Part shown: positions 51,201 through 64,000 of the stretch, piece by piece | How the letters are laid out: every line of letters starts with the position of its first letter | Position numbering within the stretch: the stretch's first letter is position 1 | DNA from: Eledone cirrhosa | Lineage: Eukaryota | Length of the DNA stretch: 64,000 nucleotides | NCBI GenBank assembly: GCA_964016885.1 | Contig: OZ024741.1 | Coordinates: 357,802,001-357,866,000 of the forward strand | Direction of reading: 5' to 3' | Position numbers and translations under genes: made by a program | The notes under the pieces: model-generated | Seen by the model: only the letters and a program-made list of their open reading frames with translations | Database searches by the model: none | Told to the model about the DNA's origin: nothing

Positions 51201-53555
51201 CATCATCATCATCAGGTTTAGCGTCCGTGTTCCACGCTTGCATGGGTTTGGACGGGGGTTTTCCCACTTGAGGCAAGAGTGGTTGTCTTGCTCGCATAGG
51301 ACTGTTTGGCGGGTTTTCTACAGTTGGATGCCCTTCCTAACACCAACCACATTTACAGTGTGGGGCTGGGAGGTTTTTACCGTGTTGCCTACACGGCCAC
51401 ATTACAGCGTGGACTGTCTGGCGGGTTTTCTACAGCTGGATGCCCTTCCTAACACCAACCACATTTACAGTGTGGGGCTGGGAGGTTTTTACCGTGTTGC
51501 CTACACGGCCACATTTACAGCGTGGACTGTGTGTTTTTTGTCGTGACACCTACACGATCTCATTTGTTTCGGCCTGGATGTTGTGGGACCAACATAACTG
51601 TACATTGAAAGGGGCGGTGTGGATGGGGTGGAGGTGGTGGGACGGGGGGGTGTTTTGATAGAGATGCCTACTGACTGTAGTAGGTTTTTACTTTGTATTT
51701 AGGTAAGGCGGGTCTTCTCTATTACTGAGTACCGCCAAAGGTCTCGGTCCAGTGACATTGTCTTGGAGAGGTGTAAGCGTGTGAGGTCGGAATTTATCAG
51801 CTCGTCCCATGTTTTTCTGGGTCTGCCTACTCCGTGGCTACCGTCTATCTTTATTGCCCTGCACTTTGTTATACAGCTGTCGTCTTTCATGCGCATCACG
51901 TGACCGTACCAACGTAGCCTTCTCTCGAGTAAACAACATCTGATCCCTCTTATTTCTAATTTTTTCCTTAGTTCGTTTATGCTTTGCCGTTCACGTATAT
52001 TACTATTGCACATCCAGCGGAGCATGCAAGCTTCGTTCCTCTCTAGTCTGCGTATATCCTCTGCACACAATGCCCAGGTCTCACTGCCATGCAGCATTGC
52101 TGTTCGTATGCAGGCATCGTATAACCTGCCTTTCATTTTTAGGGAGAACCCTCTAGCGGCTAATAGTGGTATAAGCTCTCTGAACTTTTTCCATCCAGTT
52201 CTGACTCTAGCTACTGTACTTTCAGAGCACCCTCCCCCACTGCTGATTTTGTCACCCAGGTAATGGAAGCTGTCCACTATTTCTATAGAACCCTCTGCGC
52301 AGTTGAAGGAGCTAGTATTTTGTGGGCACTTGCTGCTACTTATTGCACCAGAGCACCGGCCACATGTAAAATCTATGTTCTTAGTTAGCTTACCTGTGAT
52401 CCCACTACATCTTTTATGCACCCATACTTTGCATTTGGGACATAAAATGGAGTTTCTACCTACGCCTTTCCTACACACTGAGCATGGCCATTTCCCAGAT
52501 GGGACTGCCGCCATATTTTCTTTCCTACAAACTAGAACTTTAGTCTTAGCCAGGTTAATTTTAAGGCCTTTTGATTCTAGGCCGTGCTTCCATGTTTGGA
52601 ATTTCTTCTCTAGTTCGGTCATTGATTCAGCTATGAGCGTTAGATCATCTGCGTATAGGAGTTCCCATGGGCAGCCGGTCTTGAACTCCTCTGTTATAGC
52701 CTGAAGGGCAATAATAAATAGTAGGGGGCTAAGAACAGAGCCCTGATGGACACCAACTTTTACGCTAAACTCTTCACTATATTCGTTGTTAATTCTAACC
52801 TTACTGACTGTTTCTTTATACATGGCTTGTATAGCTCTCACAAGCCATTCGTCAACACCTAGTTTTCTAAGAGACCACCAGATAATGGAACGGGGGACTC
52901 TGTCGAAGGCTTTCTCCAAGTCGACGAAGGCTAAGTATAGGGGTTTACTTTTAGCTAGGTACTTCTCCTGTAGTTGTCGTACAATGAAAAGAGCGTCTGT
53001 GGTACTTTTGCCTGACACAAATCCGAACTGCATTTCATCTAGATCAATTCTCTCTCTGATTAGTTGCGCTATTACTTTTTCCGTGACCTTCATGACCTGG
53101 TCGATTAATTTAATGCCTCTATAGTTACTCCTATCTAGGGCATCTCCTTTTCCCTTATAGCAGTTAACGATGATGCTGCTACGCCAGTCCTTCGGAACAA
53201 CCCCATTCTGTACGACTTGGTTAACTATCCGGGTGACCATGGTGTGTCCCACCGAACCAGATGCCTTCAGCATCTCAGCAACTATTTCCGAAGGACCAGC
53301 CGCCTTACCCGTCTTCATATCTTTGATTGCCTTGCTTATTGTACTACCCTGGACTAACACTGCTGGTCCCTCTATTGGGTCGATGTGGGGGAGACTGTCT
53401 TTCTCCCATTTGTTCTCCTCATTTAGAAGCCTTTCGTAGTGACACTTCCAAGCTACCTTCTTATCAGCGTCGGTGATGGCAAGTATGCCATCATCGTTAA
53501 GCACACACTTCTCCCCGACAATATCACGGTTTTCCTTGACACATTGCCTGGCAAT
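51201..53555 (-). mobile_element. 5'-truncated RTE-clade LINE (RT plus PHD-like finger), sister family
   Basis: Uninterrupted 620-aa ORF collinear with the 43474 ORF. 3' UTR has an ~112-bp tandem duplication; (GAT)n tail at ~51201-51214. Confidence 0.95.
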
Positions 53556-53975
53556 ACACATATTTTCCTATTATTAGATATACTAAGGAATGAATAATTA
53601 GCTAAGTTAAGCCTACGCTATTTGCAAATGAGACCTTACCAAGAATAGTTTGTTTACAAAACTTATAATATTGTCTTACATATTTCGGTATATGGAAGTA
53701 TGTGTGTACTAACAAACTCCAACAACAGTCAGATATATCCATTGTTCTTACTGAGGTAGATGACATAATCACAACTTAAAATACTCACAGCAAGACTAAA
53801 CCTATGTTTATTATACATAAACATATTGCATGTGAGTCCATATATGCTTTTACAAAGGAATAATTCAGTAAATAAATAATTAAGAAAGTGTGTATGTTCA
53901 TTAAACAAATAATAATAATTATGACAGACTATGACAATATAAAATTAGAATGTAGATTATGAAAACAAAACTCAC

Positions 53976-54107
53976 TGCTTGGACAAGTTCGACCATTTTC
54001 ATGAATACGAATCCCTGTTGGACATGCACAAGAATAAAAAGGAGCCTGGGGAGACATTAAACACAAGTGAGAACATCCACCATTGTTGTCACCACAAGGA
54101 TTTATTT
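53976..54107 (-). CDS. LRP6: LRP5/6 exon (EGF1)
   Basis: 132 nt, phase 1-1; [44 protein letters not shown]. Not in the ORF track. Confidence 0.96.
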
Positions 54108-54187
54108 CTGGTTGATTAAAAAGAAAAGAGAAAAAAACATTACTTATGATTAATTAAATTGAATAATATACATGTCAAACAAGTATT

Positions 54188-54393
54188 TTAACCCTTTAGC
54201 ATTTAAACTGACTGTATCTGCCTAGTATTCTCTCACCTCTTTCTGTTCAAACTGGCTGCTCATACTGATGTTAAAGTATTGTCCTCAAAATAAACAATAT
54301 CAAAATCTCATAGATTCGATATTATGTGAAATAAAGTGTTTACCATGAAAATACAATAGTAAATCTAGAGTAGTGCACAAGCTAAAAGGTTAA
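54188..54393. mobile_element. piggyBac-like MITE
   Basis: ttaa|ccctttagc...gctaaaagg|ttaa; body shared with the 18360 and 31062 copies. Confidence 0.75.
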
Positions 54394-57300
54394 GGCCATT
54401 TTCCCTTCTAAAGCAGAGGTTAGCCTTGCAGGCCTCATGGCAATATTCATACTCACGACAGGGTCCTTCTTGATGCTAACCATTTTATTGTCTCTTACAA
54501 TACATGTCATAAGGGGTTAAACATATATACTGTAAAAAAAACTGTTCATGCAGTGAAGGGATTATGCCTCATGAAAATACCACATTTATTTATGTGATGG
54601 CATAAGGCCTAATAGTTGAGACGTGGACTCACTATCATAAGGTTGTGGGTTCTATTCCATGACTGGGTGGTGCTTTGTGTACTTGGGCAAGATGCTTCAT
54701 TTGCTGTTGCCCCAGTCCACTCAGCTGAAAAAAAATGGGTACTAGCTCCTGCAGAGGAAAGGGTCCCTTTAATGGGACAAACTTTAATTTTTAATATGCA
54801 CCTTTATATTTAATTCTAAAAATTAGTTGCAAGAACTAAATGTTGCCCATTTTTTTCAGTCTGCAAGTGTGTGACCATATTTGGGATGGCAAGTAGTCCA
54901 TGCTAACTGCTGTATAACAAAGACTTTAAATCACTATCATAATGTTACAATTTCCCATGATATTAACCCTTACATGACTGTACACTCTATTTCATATAAT
55001 TAATGCAGAATTTTGAAGGATTTACTAAAATTATTATTTATGTCATTACTAAGATAGTAACTTAACATATGGTTCCTATATATGTTGGAAGACTTTAATT
55101 TAAATAGGAACCCTTTAAAACAGGTGTTTTGGGTTTCTTAAAATTAGAGCTGGTTTTAGGGGTAAAGGTTCAATCTAGTCCAAAAGTTTGCATTTTTAAG
55201 ATTTAAATTTTATGCATTTACTGTGTACAATAGTCATCACACATGGCTATATAATAATAAACATTCTATCCATCAATATCCAACTAAATACAGCAAACAT
55301 TTACTCATAATTAATGATATGAAACCATTAGAAAATGAAATTGACATTTGTAGCAATGAAACACTGCTATATTTTTGTTTGTTTTCATCTAGAGAGAAAT
55401 TTATAAAATACATTGATACTATGTATATCAACATAATTTGTACTATAGATATTTTCTATGTAGCATGTCAACACATGTACTATAGATATCATAGCATGTC
55501 GACATATTGTACTATAAATAGATACTATCTGAACATGTCAACATAATTTGCACCCCCACCAAATTACATGAAATACTGGTTGGAGAGTGGTTTAAAGTGG
55601 TTTTTCCCTTTTGGAAAATTTAAAACACATTTCAATACATTAAGATTCTAAATGTTTTTGAATGTTTTTTGAATGTTCAAAAGCATAAAATTCCAAAGAC
55701 CATTTAAAAAAATGCATAATGAAAAAAAGGGCTTTTTAAATTCCATGTTTAACAATAAACATTGAACGAACTGAATAGTAAAATTGAGTATAAATTATAT
55801 TTAGGTACACTGTCATGAAAATCAAATTAATTTTCTAGAAAAATCATGATCGTACGATTTCCACAATACTGACTTTACAACAAGTGCACTTTTACGGCCT
55901 ATACCAGTAAAGTTCAAATGTCATTTTTTAATTGTTTTTTTATTTTGTTTAGGATGTGTGAACTTTTCAATGTATTTTATACAGCAATTATAATAAATCT
56001 GACTAGACATTCCTTTTTCCACAAACCATAATACTAAAGAAAAGTTAGGGCATATTTTACATGAGATTTTGTTTTTCCCAGGATTTCATTGCCCACAATT
56101 AAGGGAACACATTATACACAAGTAAATAGGGTGTACCTCATAGCAGATATCTTTCAGCATGACATTTGACATTGCCCTCACTAATGGAGCCAGTACCTGT
56201 GTATATTATTGTGCTTACTGATGAAAATTACACTAACAAGGATAATAACTTTCTTGGTCAAAGACAACCAACACCCATTTTTATTACAGTAATATTATAT
56301 ACTACAGAGCATGAGTCATTGTTAAACACTTGACAACATTAAAATGGCCACAAAAATACTTTTGATAATGGAAGGCACATTGTAAACTAACATTTTCAAC
56401 ACTACCAAACATTAAATGAACAAGAAAGTTTATTGGTCATAGCCTAATATTCAACTTATGTACTATATATAGGCCTGCTTAACTAGATTGATAAGGTCTA
56501 CACAGTGTATGTATGGTCTTGAAACTTCTGATGGAATCGTAGGGGTGCCATAGTGACATACAGTGTGTCTTGGACATCTTAAACCTGGCAGAGCCCATCC
56601 CATTTTAGATCTGAGAAGGAGAGAAAGGAAGTGAGAAAGTGTTATAGAGCAAGGATTAATCCCTGGATTGTACTCGACTTGTATTTTATCGACCTCAAAA
56701 GAATGAAAGACAAAGTTGACCATAGCAGGATTTGAGCACAGAGAGCTGAAATGAATACCACAAAGCATTCCACAGAGTATACTCATAAGTTATTTGGGTG
56801 ATAAATACAGTAGTTACAGTTGGCTGGCATCTTACACAATCAATTGGCTCTCCAATCAGAAATTGTGTTTATTGAAGACCTTTACTTGAAAGTGACCTTG
56901 TACATCAATGTTTTGGGAATGGCATAGTGCCAGGTTCTCTGGAGGTTGAGAAAAGTCAGGAAAAAAATTATAGAAGAAGGGGTTTAAAGTTTTCTCAATG
57001 ATATGGTTTTATGAAAAAAGAACTTTACAACATTCTTTGATATTTTAAAAATATTTTCTGACTGTATATGCCCAAAACCATACTGTATATCTCTCTCTCC
57101 AAATCTTTATCATCTTCGGTGCCAAGATATCACATTTAAAACCTTAAATTTTTTATATTTAAATAGTCATACACAGCTAGAAGGTCAAACTGAACAAGTT
57201 ATGCCAAGCAAGTTTAGTTCACGAATCAACACTGACATTTCCCATATTGCTGATTTAGGACTCTTTGAGAAGTTTAAAAGAAACTTTCTCAGCTCTCTTA

Positions 57301-58768
57301 AAACCTTTTAGGTTTATATCAAAACACATTGATTGCAAACATACTGGGCAGGATAACACAGATACAGGTTTTTTAATGTCATTTTTCTCATTAAGTAGGG
57401 GTTAGCTTTTCAGGCCTCATGCCAGACTTCATAGTGATCATGGGGTCCTTTTTGAAGTAATGTTTTACAGATGTTTACCCTTCCTGGCACCAACTCAATT
57501 ACTCACCTGTCACATCTTGCATGGATTTGGTGTACCTATTATGTGAAATTTACACCTCACAACTCTGCATTCCATAGGAGGTTTCCTGGGTGTTTCAATG
57601 ATAGAGGCCCCAATCTTATCATGAGAAACCACATGAAATGAAGTGTCTTGCTGAAGAACAATGTGCCACTCAGTTGAGGAACTGAATTTATGATGTTATG
57701 ACAGTGAGTTCAACACTCTCCTCACTAGTAGAAATTGCAGTTAAACTGCATGCCAAGTTAACAGCTGAGAGTAACAATATTCCATGTATTAAGGTGTAAT
57801 GGATATCTATTTGATACAAATGCACAAACAAATATATATACATTAGGCATAAATTGAAAAGCCATGTGATAGTCTGAACAGCAGGGTAGAATAAATGATA
57901 TTATATTAGAATTCCCTGCATATCTTAATATAGACAAGCGAGGAAAATAAGCATCTTTGGCATGAGAAGTGATTATTGAACAGAAATTAACTAACTGTTC
58001 TATGTTTTTATTAACATTAAAAGTTAATATACATAGAAGTAAGGGGACCCTTTGGTTTTGTCAAAGACTTGACAACCTCTCTGGTGTTGCTGCCACGCAG
58101 GGCTTAGTGGTTAGAGTGTTAGGCTTGCAATCAGGAGATTATGAGTTCATTTCTTGTTGAGAAAGACACTTTATTTCATGCTGCTCCAGTTTACTCAGCA
58201 GTAGAAATTAATTGCAATGTCACTGGTACCAAGCAGTATCAGCCATTGTGTTTCACTTGGACAACATCAGTGACATGGAGAGGGGAGACTGGTATGCATA
58301 GGTGACTGCTGGTCTTCTACAAACAACTTTGCCCAGACTTGTGCCTTGGAGGGGAAGCTTCATTCATGACCAAAGGGGTTTTTTACCCTTTTACACGCTG
58401 TAAAGTGGTTGGCGATCAAGCAGGGATAATATAGGAGAGAGAGAGGACTTTTCAATCTTGCTGAGTACATGACAACCTTTCTAGTGCTGATGCCATGATA
58501 AAATGCACTTAATACATGTTGTAAAGTGGTTGGCATGCAGCTGTAAAACCATGCCCAAATATGGAATGTACAAGCATGACATATTTCTCCAACCCATCTA
58601 GTCTAAGATCAGGATGACCAATCCAACGCATACCATGAGGGAAAAAAAAGACGTAGAAAATGAAAGTAAATCTAATAAAAATAAATCTAGTAAACCTATG
58701 ATAATAACAATGGAATCAAAATGATTAACAAACAATCACACTCTAAGAAAAAATAAATTGCTACTTAC

Positions 58769-59169
58769 TGCTAGGCTGTCTCTTTGCTGTGTAGACATGA
58801 ATATCCATAGGTGAGAAGATATCACTGTGTACTACCTCTTTATTACCTCCAGTTCTTTTATGACAAGAATAAATGGCACGGGTGTGCCAGTCTGTCCAAA
58901 ATAGTGTTTCTTCAAAGAGTGTTAATGCAAAAGGATGAGGTAAAGAACCTTGAATAACTGCCCTTCGGTCAGATCCATCAAAATTACAGCTGTGGATAAA
59001 GTTGAGCTTTGCATCAGCCCAATAAATTTTTGAATCATCATAGTCTAAAGTTAAGCCATTCGGCCAGTGGATTTCTTCACTTATTATCACAGAACGATTT
59101 ATTTTATTTCCATCCATTCCAGCACGTTCAATTTTAGGCCGTTCACCCCAGTCTGTCCAGTAAATATAG
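58769..59169 (-). CDS. LRP6: LRP5/6 exon (second half of propeller 1); most 5' exon found in the window
   Basis: 401 nt, phase 2-1; [20 protein letters not shown]...[12 protein letters not shown]...LFWTDWHTR...[15 protein letters not shown]. Confidence 0.96.
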
Positions 59170-59865
59170 CTGTAAAATATGTAAATTGCATACAAGTTAA
59201 AACTGAAAAACATTTATATGAAATTAAATTTAAAAAATAATTTCTATACAACTCTATTAGAGATTTGTATAAAGATGTCCATGATAAACAGCACTCAATC
59301 TGCACATTGAGGTGGAAGTGCCAGTGTCATGACAAGAAACACCCTGTCAACCCTCTAAGATGGTAACCAGTCATAATAAAATGCTTCCAGTTCACACTGT
59401 AAAGGAGTTGGGATACAAGTAAAACATGGAGTGTTCAAGCATAGTATTGTCCCCAAGCAGTTTCACCTCAGTACATGCAGGTATGGAAAATAGATGTTAA
59501 ATAGTGATGATGATGTTATGATTATCATTTTAGTTAATCATTTTTACAAATGTTATATGAGTTGCTAATTAAAGCCTGTCTTAAGCTCCTGAGGCTCACT
59601 AGGCCAGAGCTTATCCTTGCAAATAAAGTACAAGGTCCCCCTCATGATGGGATACCAACGCATTGTTGAGTTAACCCCCAGCTACAGCTGGTTCTCATTT
59701 CTTTTCAACTGAGGGGACTGGAGTAATGTGAAACCAAGTGTCATGCTCAAGAACACAATGTCTTGCCTGGTCCATGAATTGAACCAACAACCTCATGATC
59801 ATCTACCAAATATCTTCACATAAAGATGGGATTAAAATAGAAGGAAACAAAGTGAAATACAAAAT

Positions 59866-60114
59866 TAACCCTTTCAATACCAACTACTCAAGACTTTATA
59901 ATTCTATGATATAAAACTTCTCATTTTACACCGTCTATATTCAAATTAAAATATTACTTTATAATTTTATGTAAGAAATCTTTGTTAAAGTGTTCAAAAT
60001 ACAAGTTTGATAAAGGGAAAGTTAATTATATTACTAAATCCATCTAAATTTTTGTTATTTTCAAAATTATTTGATACTGTTTTTCATTAGAAATATGGTA
60101 ACAAAAAGTTTAAG
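59866..60114. mobile_element. second AT-rich TTAA-flanked MITE family (representative)
   Basis: ttaaccctttcaatacc ... ggtaacaaaaagtttaa; similar bodies at ~5470, 27160-27490, 29300-29493, 36250 and 63470-63716. Confidence 0.55.
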
Positions 60115-61524
60115 GTCTTGTATAAAGCACATACCACTATATCTTGGCATGAAACCAGTACAGCAGTTTTGACATCTGATAACAATTATTTTGAATTAAC
60201 TTTTGCCCAGAGCTTAGTTTTCATAAGGAAATTATGCAGCTTTATTCTCTTAGATAAAATGGCCATTCTAACTCTAGTCCAGAAAATATTTTGTCTATGT
60301 TTTAGGTTTCAAACATTTATGCTAGAATTTATAAAATCATTTCATCTATCATATGGTTTTTATGTTCAGGCTGTAATAACATTTAACTATTCATGTCTAG
60401 TCTTAATATTATTTCACTTTCTGTAATGGAGAGAGAGAAAATTTATATAACAGCCTCCATATGATGTTTGTAACATATGACCTGACCCATCCCCCATATT
60501 TTTGTGTACATTTGAGTTAGTAAATGTATATAAACAGGGTTGAATGTGTTTGCATCTAAGTTTCTAGGAGCAAATGTAAAAGAGGATGTGAATCTGTATG
60601 TCTGTGCGAGTGTCACCATAGTATTTATAAACAGTCTTGATATAACGTTTGCAACAAATATCACCTGACCCCTCCCCTTCACACTTCCAATAGCACTCCC
60701 TAGTAACTATCCTCGCCATCACTGCATACACCCTCTCCATTCATGCATCCTCCACTATCACTCCTTAGCTGTTTTCCAAACCATCCATGTCTCTACCATT
60801 ATCGCAGCTAAAGTAATCTCACCATCACATCACCCTTCCCTTACACTATCAGAAATCACTGCTTCTCTCCCACGCATCATCCTATCAAATCCCACCACAC
60901 TTGCCCTACATCTATAACATCATACTTACCTTTCCCTGCAGAATAGAGAGGACTCTGCAGTTGGGACAATAACCCACAACTACTCTAGTGTTGGTGCCAC
61001 AAAAATGTACCCAGTACACCCTGTAAGGTGGATGGCAATAGGGAGGGCACCCCACTGAAGAAACCATGTCTGAAAGGGTTGGGTGGCTCCTTCAGTTATG
61101 TCCAGGACATGGCAACCTCCCTAGTGTTGGTAATCTAGATGATAAACATACCCAGTTCATGCTGTAAAGTGGTTGGTGATAGGAAAGGCATCCAAGCATA
61201 GAATGCTTGCTAAACAAAGGGTTTGGAATACACTTCAGTTGTGTCCAATATGACAACCTCTCTAGTAGTAATGTCTTGATAAAATGCACTTGGTAGAGCA
61301 TGAGACTGTATGTAACTGAATGCGGACCTTAAACCCGTCAAGGAGGTCAGTAGCCCACTTGGAGTACTGGCTCAGTCTGTGAAGACCCGTCCAACCATTG
61401 CTAGAAGGCAAAATGGATGTTAAATGATAATGATGGCAAACACATGTGTGAGTGAACGCGCACATATGCTTCAATACAGTTTCCCTCTTCCAGATCGAGT
61501 CCCAAAGCACTGGTTGGAACAGGG

Positions 61525-61581
<57 letters not shown>

Positions 61582-62354
61582 ATGAAGGCACATGGTTTAG
61601 TGGTTAGAGCATTGGGCTTGCAATCGGGTGATATGTTGTTTCCTTGAGCAAGACACTTTATTTCACATTGCTCCAGTTTACTCAGTTGTAGAAATGAGAT
61701 GATAGGACTGGGGTCCCCATCATTCCACTGCAAAGTGGTCGTGGAGGTGCCACGGCAAAAAAGCACCCAGCACTCACTGTAAATGAGGTTGGTGTTAGGA
61801 AGGGCATCCAGCTGTAGAAATCAAGCCAGAATCAGTTCCTGTCTCACCCTTGCAAGCAGGGAAAAGTGGACGTATGATGATGATGATGATGATGATGATA
61901 TAGGACATTACTGTGAAGGTTTTTAGATAAATATAAACATTTTAAAACAAACAATCCTGTATCATGGAGCCAGATACAGTTTCAAGATTCTGGCTTGATT
62001 TCTACAGCTGGATGCAAGGGTGTAAAATAATAATTGCTTCTACTATTGGCACAAGGCCAGCAATTACCCAGTACATTACTGGTACTTTATTTTATCGACC
62101 CCGTAAGGATGAAAAGCAAAGTTAACCTCGGCGGGATTTGAACTCGGAATGGCAAGGGCCGTCACACACATATCCTTTTCTTATTCTAACTTCTATGCTC
62201 CTAGAGCATCCATCTCCACTGCTAATTTGGTCACCTTGACAGCAGAAGTTAGGGATCCTACTTGAGATTGAAAAAGGTGGATATCACCTTTCCTGTTAAG
62301 TCTACTTGCTATCTCACTAACCCCTAGTATCCAAAGAGGGCTCGATAAGGATAA

Positions 62355-62404
<50 letters not shown>

Positions 62405-62409
<5 letters not shown>

Positions 62410-62532
62410 AAAAGAGTCAGGACCCTAGTGGCTGAGTTCCAGCCGTTTCGACAGCTAGATTCGAACTAACCCACCGGAGCTCAGCCGTCAAAACGACTGT
62501 AGCAGTCATCAGGGTCCTGACTCTTTTCCTAT
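62405..62532 (-). ncRNA. hammerhead-like structured element closed by a 22-bp inverted repeat
   Basis: Minus strand: ataggaaaagagtcaggacc-CTGATGA-[stem]-tc-GAAA-cggctg-gaact-cagcc-acta-gggtcctgactcttttcctat; the junctions are non-canonical. Confidence 0.4.
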
Positions 62533-62860
62533 TACCCACTCTACTACCCTAAGTATTGAGTACTTTGGTGCATTATGGTTGTCCTGGTATCTTACCACAC
62601 CCTCTTTGTTTTATATATATATATATATAGATATATATGTGTGTGTGATTGTATATATCATCATCATCACATCACGGTTTTATGTCCATTTTCCACACTA
62701 GCATGGGTTAAACAAGGTGTCTTGTGGGCAATGCTAGGTCAGGTGACTGTCTTGATCATGCAGAACTGATTTTAGCTTGGTTTCTACAGCTGGATATCCT
62801 TCCTAATGCCAATCTCATTTACAGTGATATATATATACATACATTATATATATATATAAT

Positions 62861-62964
62861 CATCATCATCACCGTTTTACGTCCGTTCTTCCACGCTAGC
62901 ATGGGTTAGACGGGTTGTCCTGTTGTGGGCAGTGTCCGGTCGGCTGACCTTGTCTTGCTCATAC
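62861..62964 (-). mobile_element. extreme 3' end of the young RTE family
   Basis: Near-exact reverse complement of 46481-46590, including the (GAT)n tail. Confidence 0.85.
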
Positions 62965-64000
62965 GGTTATCCTGCTGTAGAAATCAAACCAGAATCGTAG
63001 GAAAAGTAGTAGGTAGAAACTCTATACTAGGGGTTAGTGAGATAGCAGGTAGACTAACAGGAAAGGTGATATACACCTTTTTCAATCTCAAGTAGGATCC
63101 CTAACTTCTGCTGTCAAGGTGACCAAATTAGCAGTGGAGGTGGATGCTCTAGGAGCATAGAAGTTAGAATAAGAAAAGGATATGTGTGTGTATTTTACTC
63201 CCTTGCAAGCGGGGAAAAGCGGATGTAAAAAGATGATGATGATCATCATCATCTGCTTTCCCATGCTTTCTCCTCCACATGTTACATTCTTGTGTAATCT
63301 GAGAAGTCCAGTGTCATGAGATCAGCTCTCATCACCTCTGTCCATACAACAAACTTTTGCATAGTTTGTCAAGACACTGATCAAACACGAGTAAACGATA
63401 GATTATGTTTACTCAAATTGTTATGCGAGATTGAACTTGGAATCATGTAGTTGCGACGCAAACTTCTTAACCTTTCTATTACCATATTTTTCATGAAAGA
63501 CACCGACTACAATTTTCAAATAATTTTGAAAACAATCAAACATTTGGAGGGACTTAGTAATATAATTAATTTTCTTATTAAGAGCATAACTAAACAAGAG
63601 TTCTTATATGAATTAGAAAGGAAGATTTTTTAGATAAATATATAACACTTCAAAACAAACAATATTGTAACACAGAACCATGGAAGAGTCCAGATGGTTT
63701 GGTAATGAAAGTGTTAACTACACAGCCATTTGTATGTTAATATTGAGATCACATCAACAAAGTAAGCTTCAAATCCAAGTAAAAATCTTTTAGCAATTGA
63801 GTACCCTTCCAAAATACATTTACTATTTCATATTTAGTAATACTAAAAATTTTAGCTTATAAATTATATAATTTTCTGAAGATAACAATAGTAATGTGTT
63901 AGTATAGCTGATACACAGAAATAGTTAGCAGTAAGAACAAATGACACTTGAAAGCTCAATCAAAATTATTGATAGCTTTTGTTACCTAGGTGACCTAAAC

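Larger units (their letters stand above)
62163..63190. repeat. ~168-bp near-perfect inverted repeat (62163-62330 / 63024-63190)
   Basis: cacacacatatccttttcttattctaac...cccctagtat versus atactagggg...gttagaataagaaaaggatatgtgtgtg; only a few differences. Confidence 0.9.

Noticed and set aside
56485-56550. Second TTGATAA...GAAA hammerhead candidate on plus
   Set aside because: Stems I and II do not pair and the triplet would be GUG.
59170-64000. Upstream LRP5/6 exons or promoter
   Set aside because: I found no YWTD or signal-peptide exon by eye; it is probably outside the window.

Overview
AT-rich eukaryotic genomic DNA. The SINE, LINE and microsatellite landscape suggests a coleoid cephalopod, probably Octopus (inference). 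The only host gene is an LRP5/6 (arrow-like) Wnt co-receptor on the minus strand. I traced 14 coding exons between 59169 and the TGA stop at 24025-24027; all have GT-AG boundaries and matching phases and total 4366 nt (~1454 aa). The signal peptide and the first part of propeller 1 were not found and probably lie beyond 64000. The rest of the window is transposon-derived: two long, uninterrupted RTE-clade LINE ORFs, six CR1 3' fragments, remnants of Dong/R4, RNase H-type, Tx1/L1 and Tc1/mariner elements, a probable Helitron, TTAA MITEs, many SINEs, and a 200-N gap. The most notable observations are: (1) a C4HC3 PHD-like finger inside the RT domain of both RTE ORFs; (2) three hammerhead-ribozyme-like motifs, one with the compensatory U3-A8 core pair; (3) a 61-bp satellite expanded from inside a CR1 ORF at a CATG microhomology; (4) one 1567-nt terminal coding exon where vertebrates have many; (5) inverted RTE copies flanking an in-frame skippable exon; (6) a twin-primed RTE insertion with a 13-bp TSD. 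All coordinates were read by eye, so repeat boundaries are approximate.
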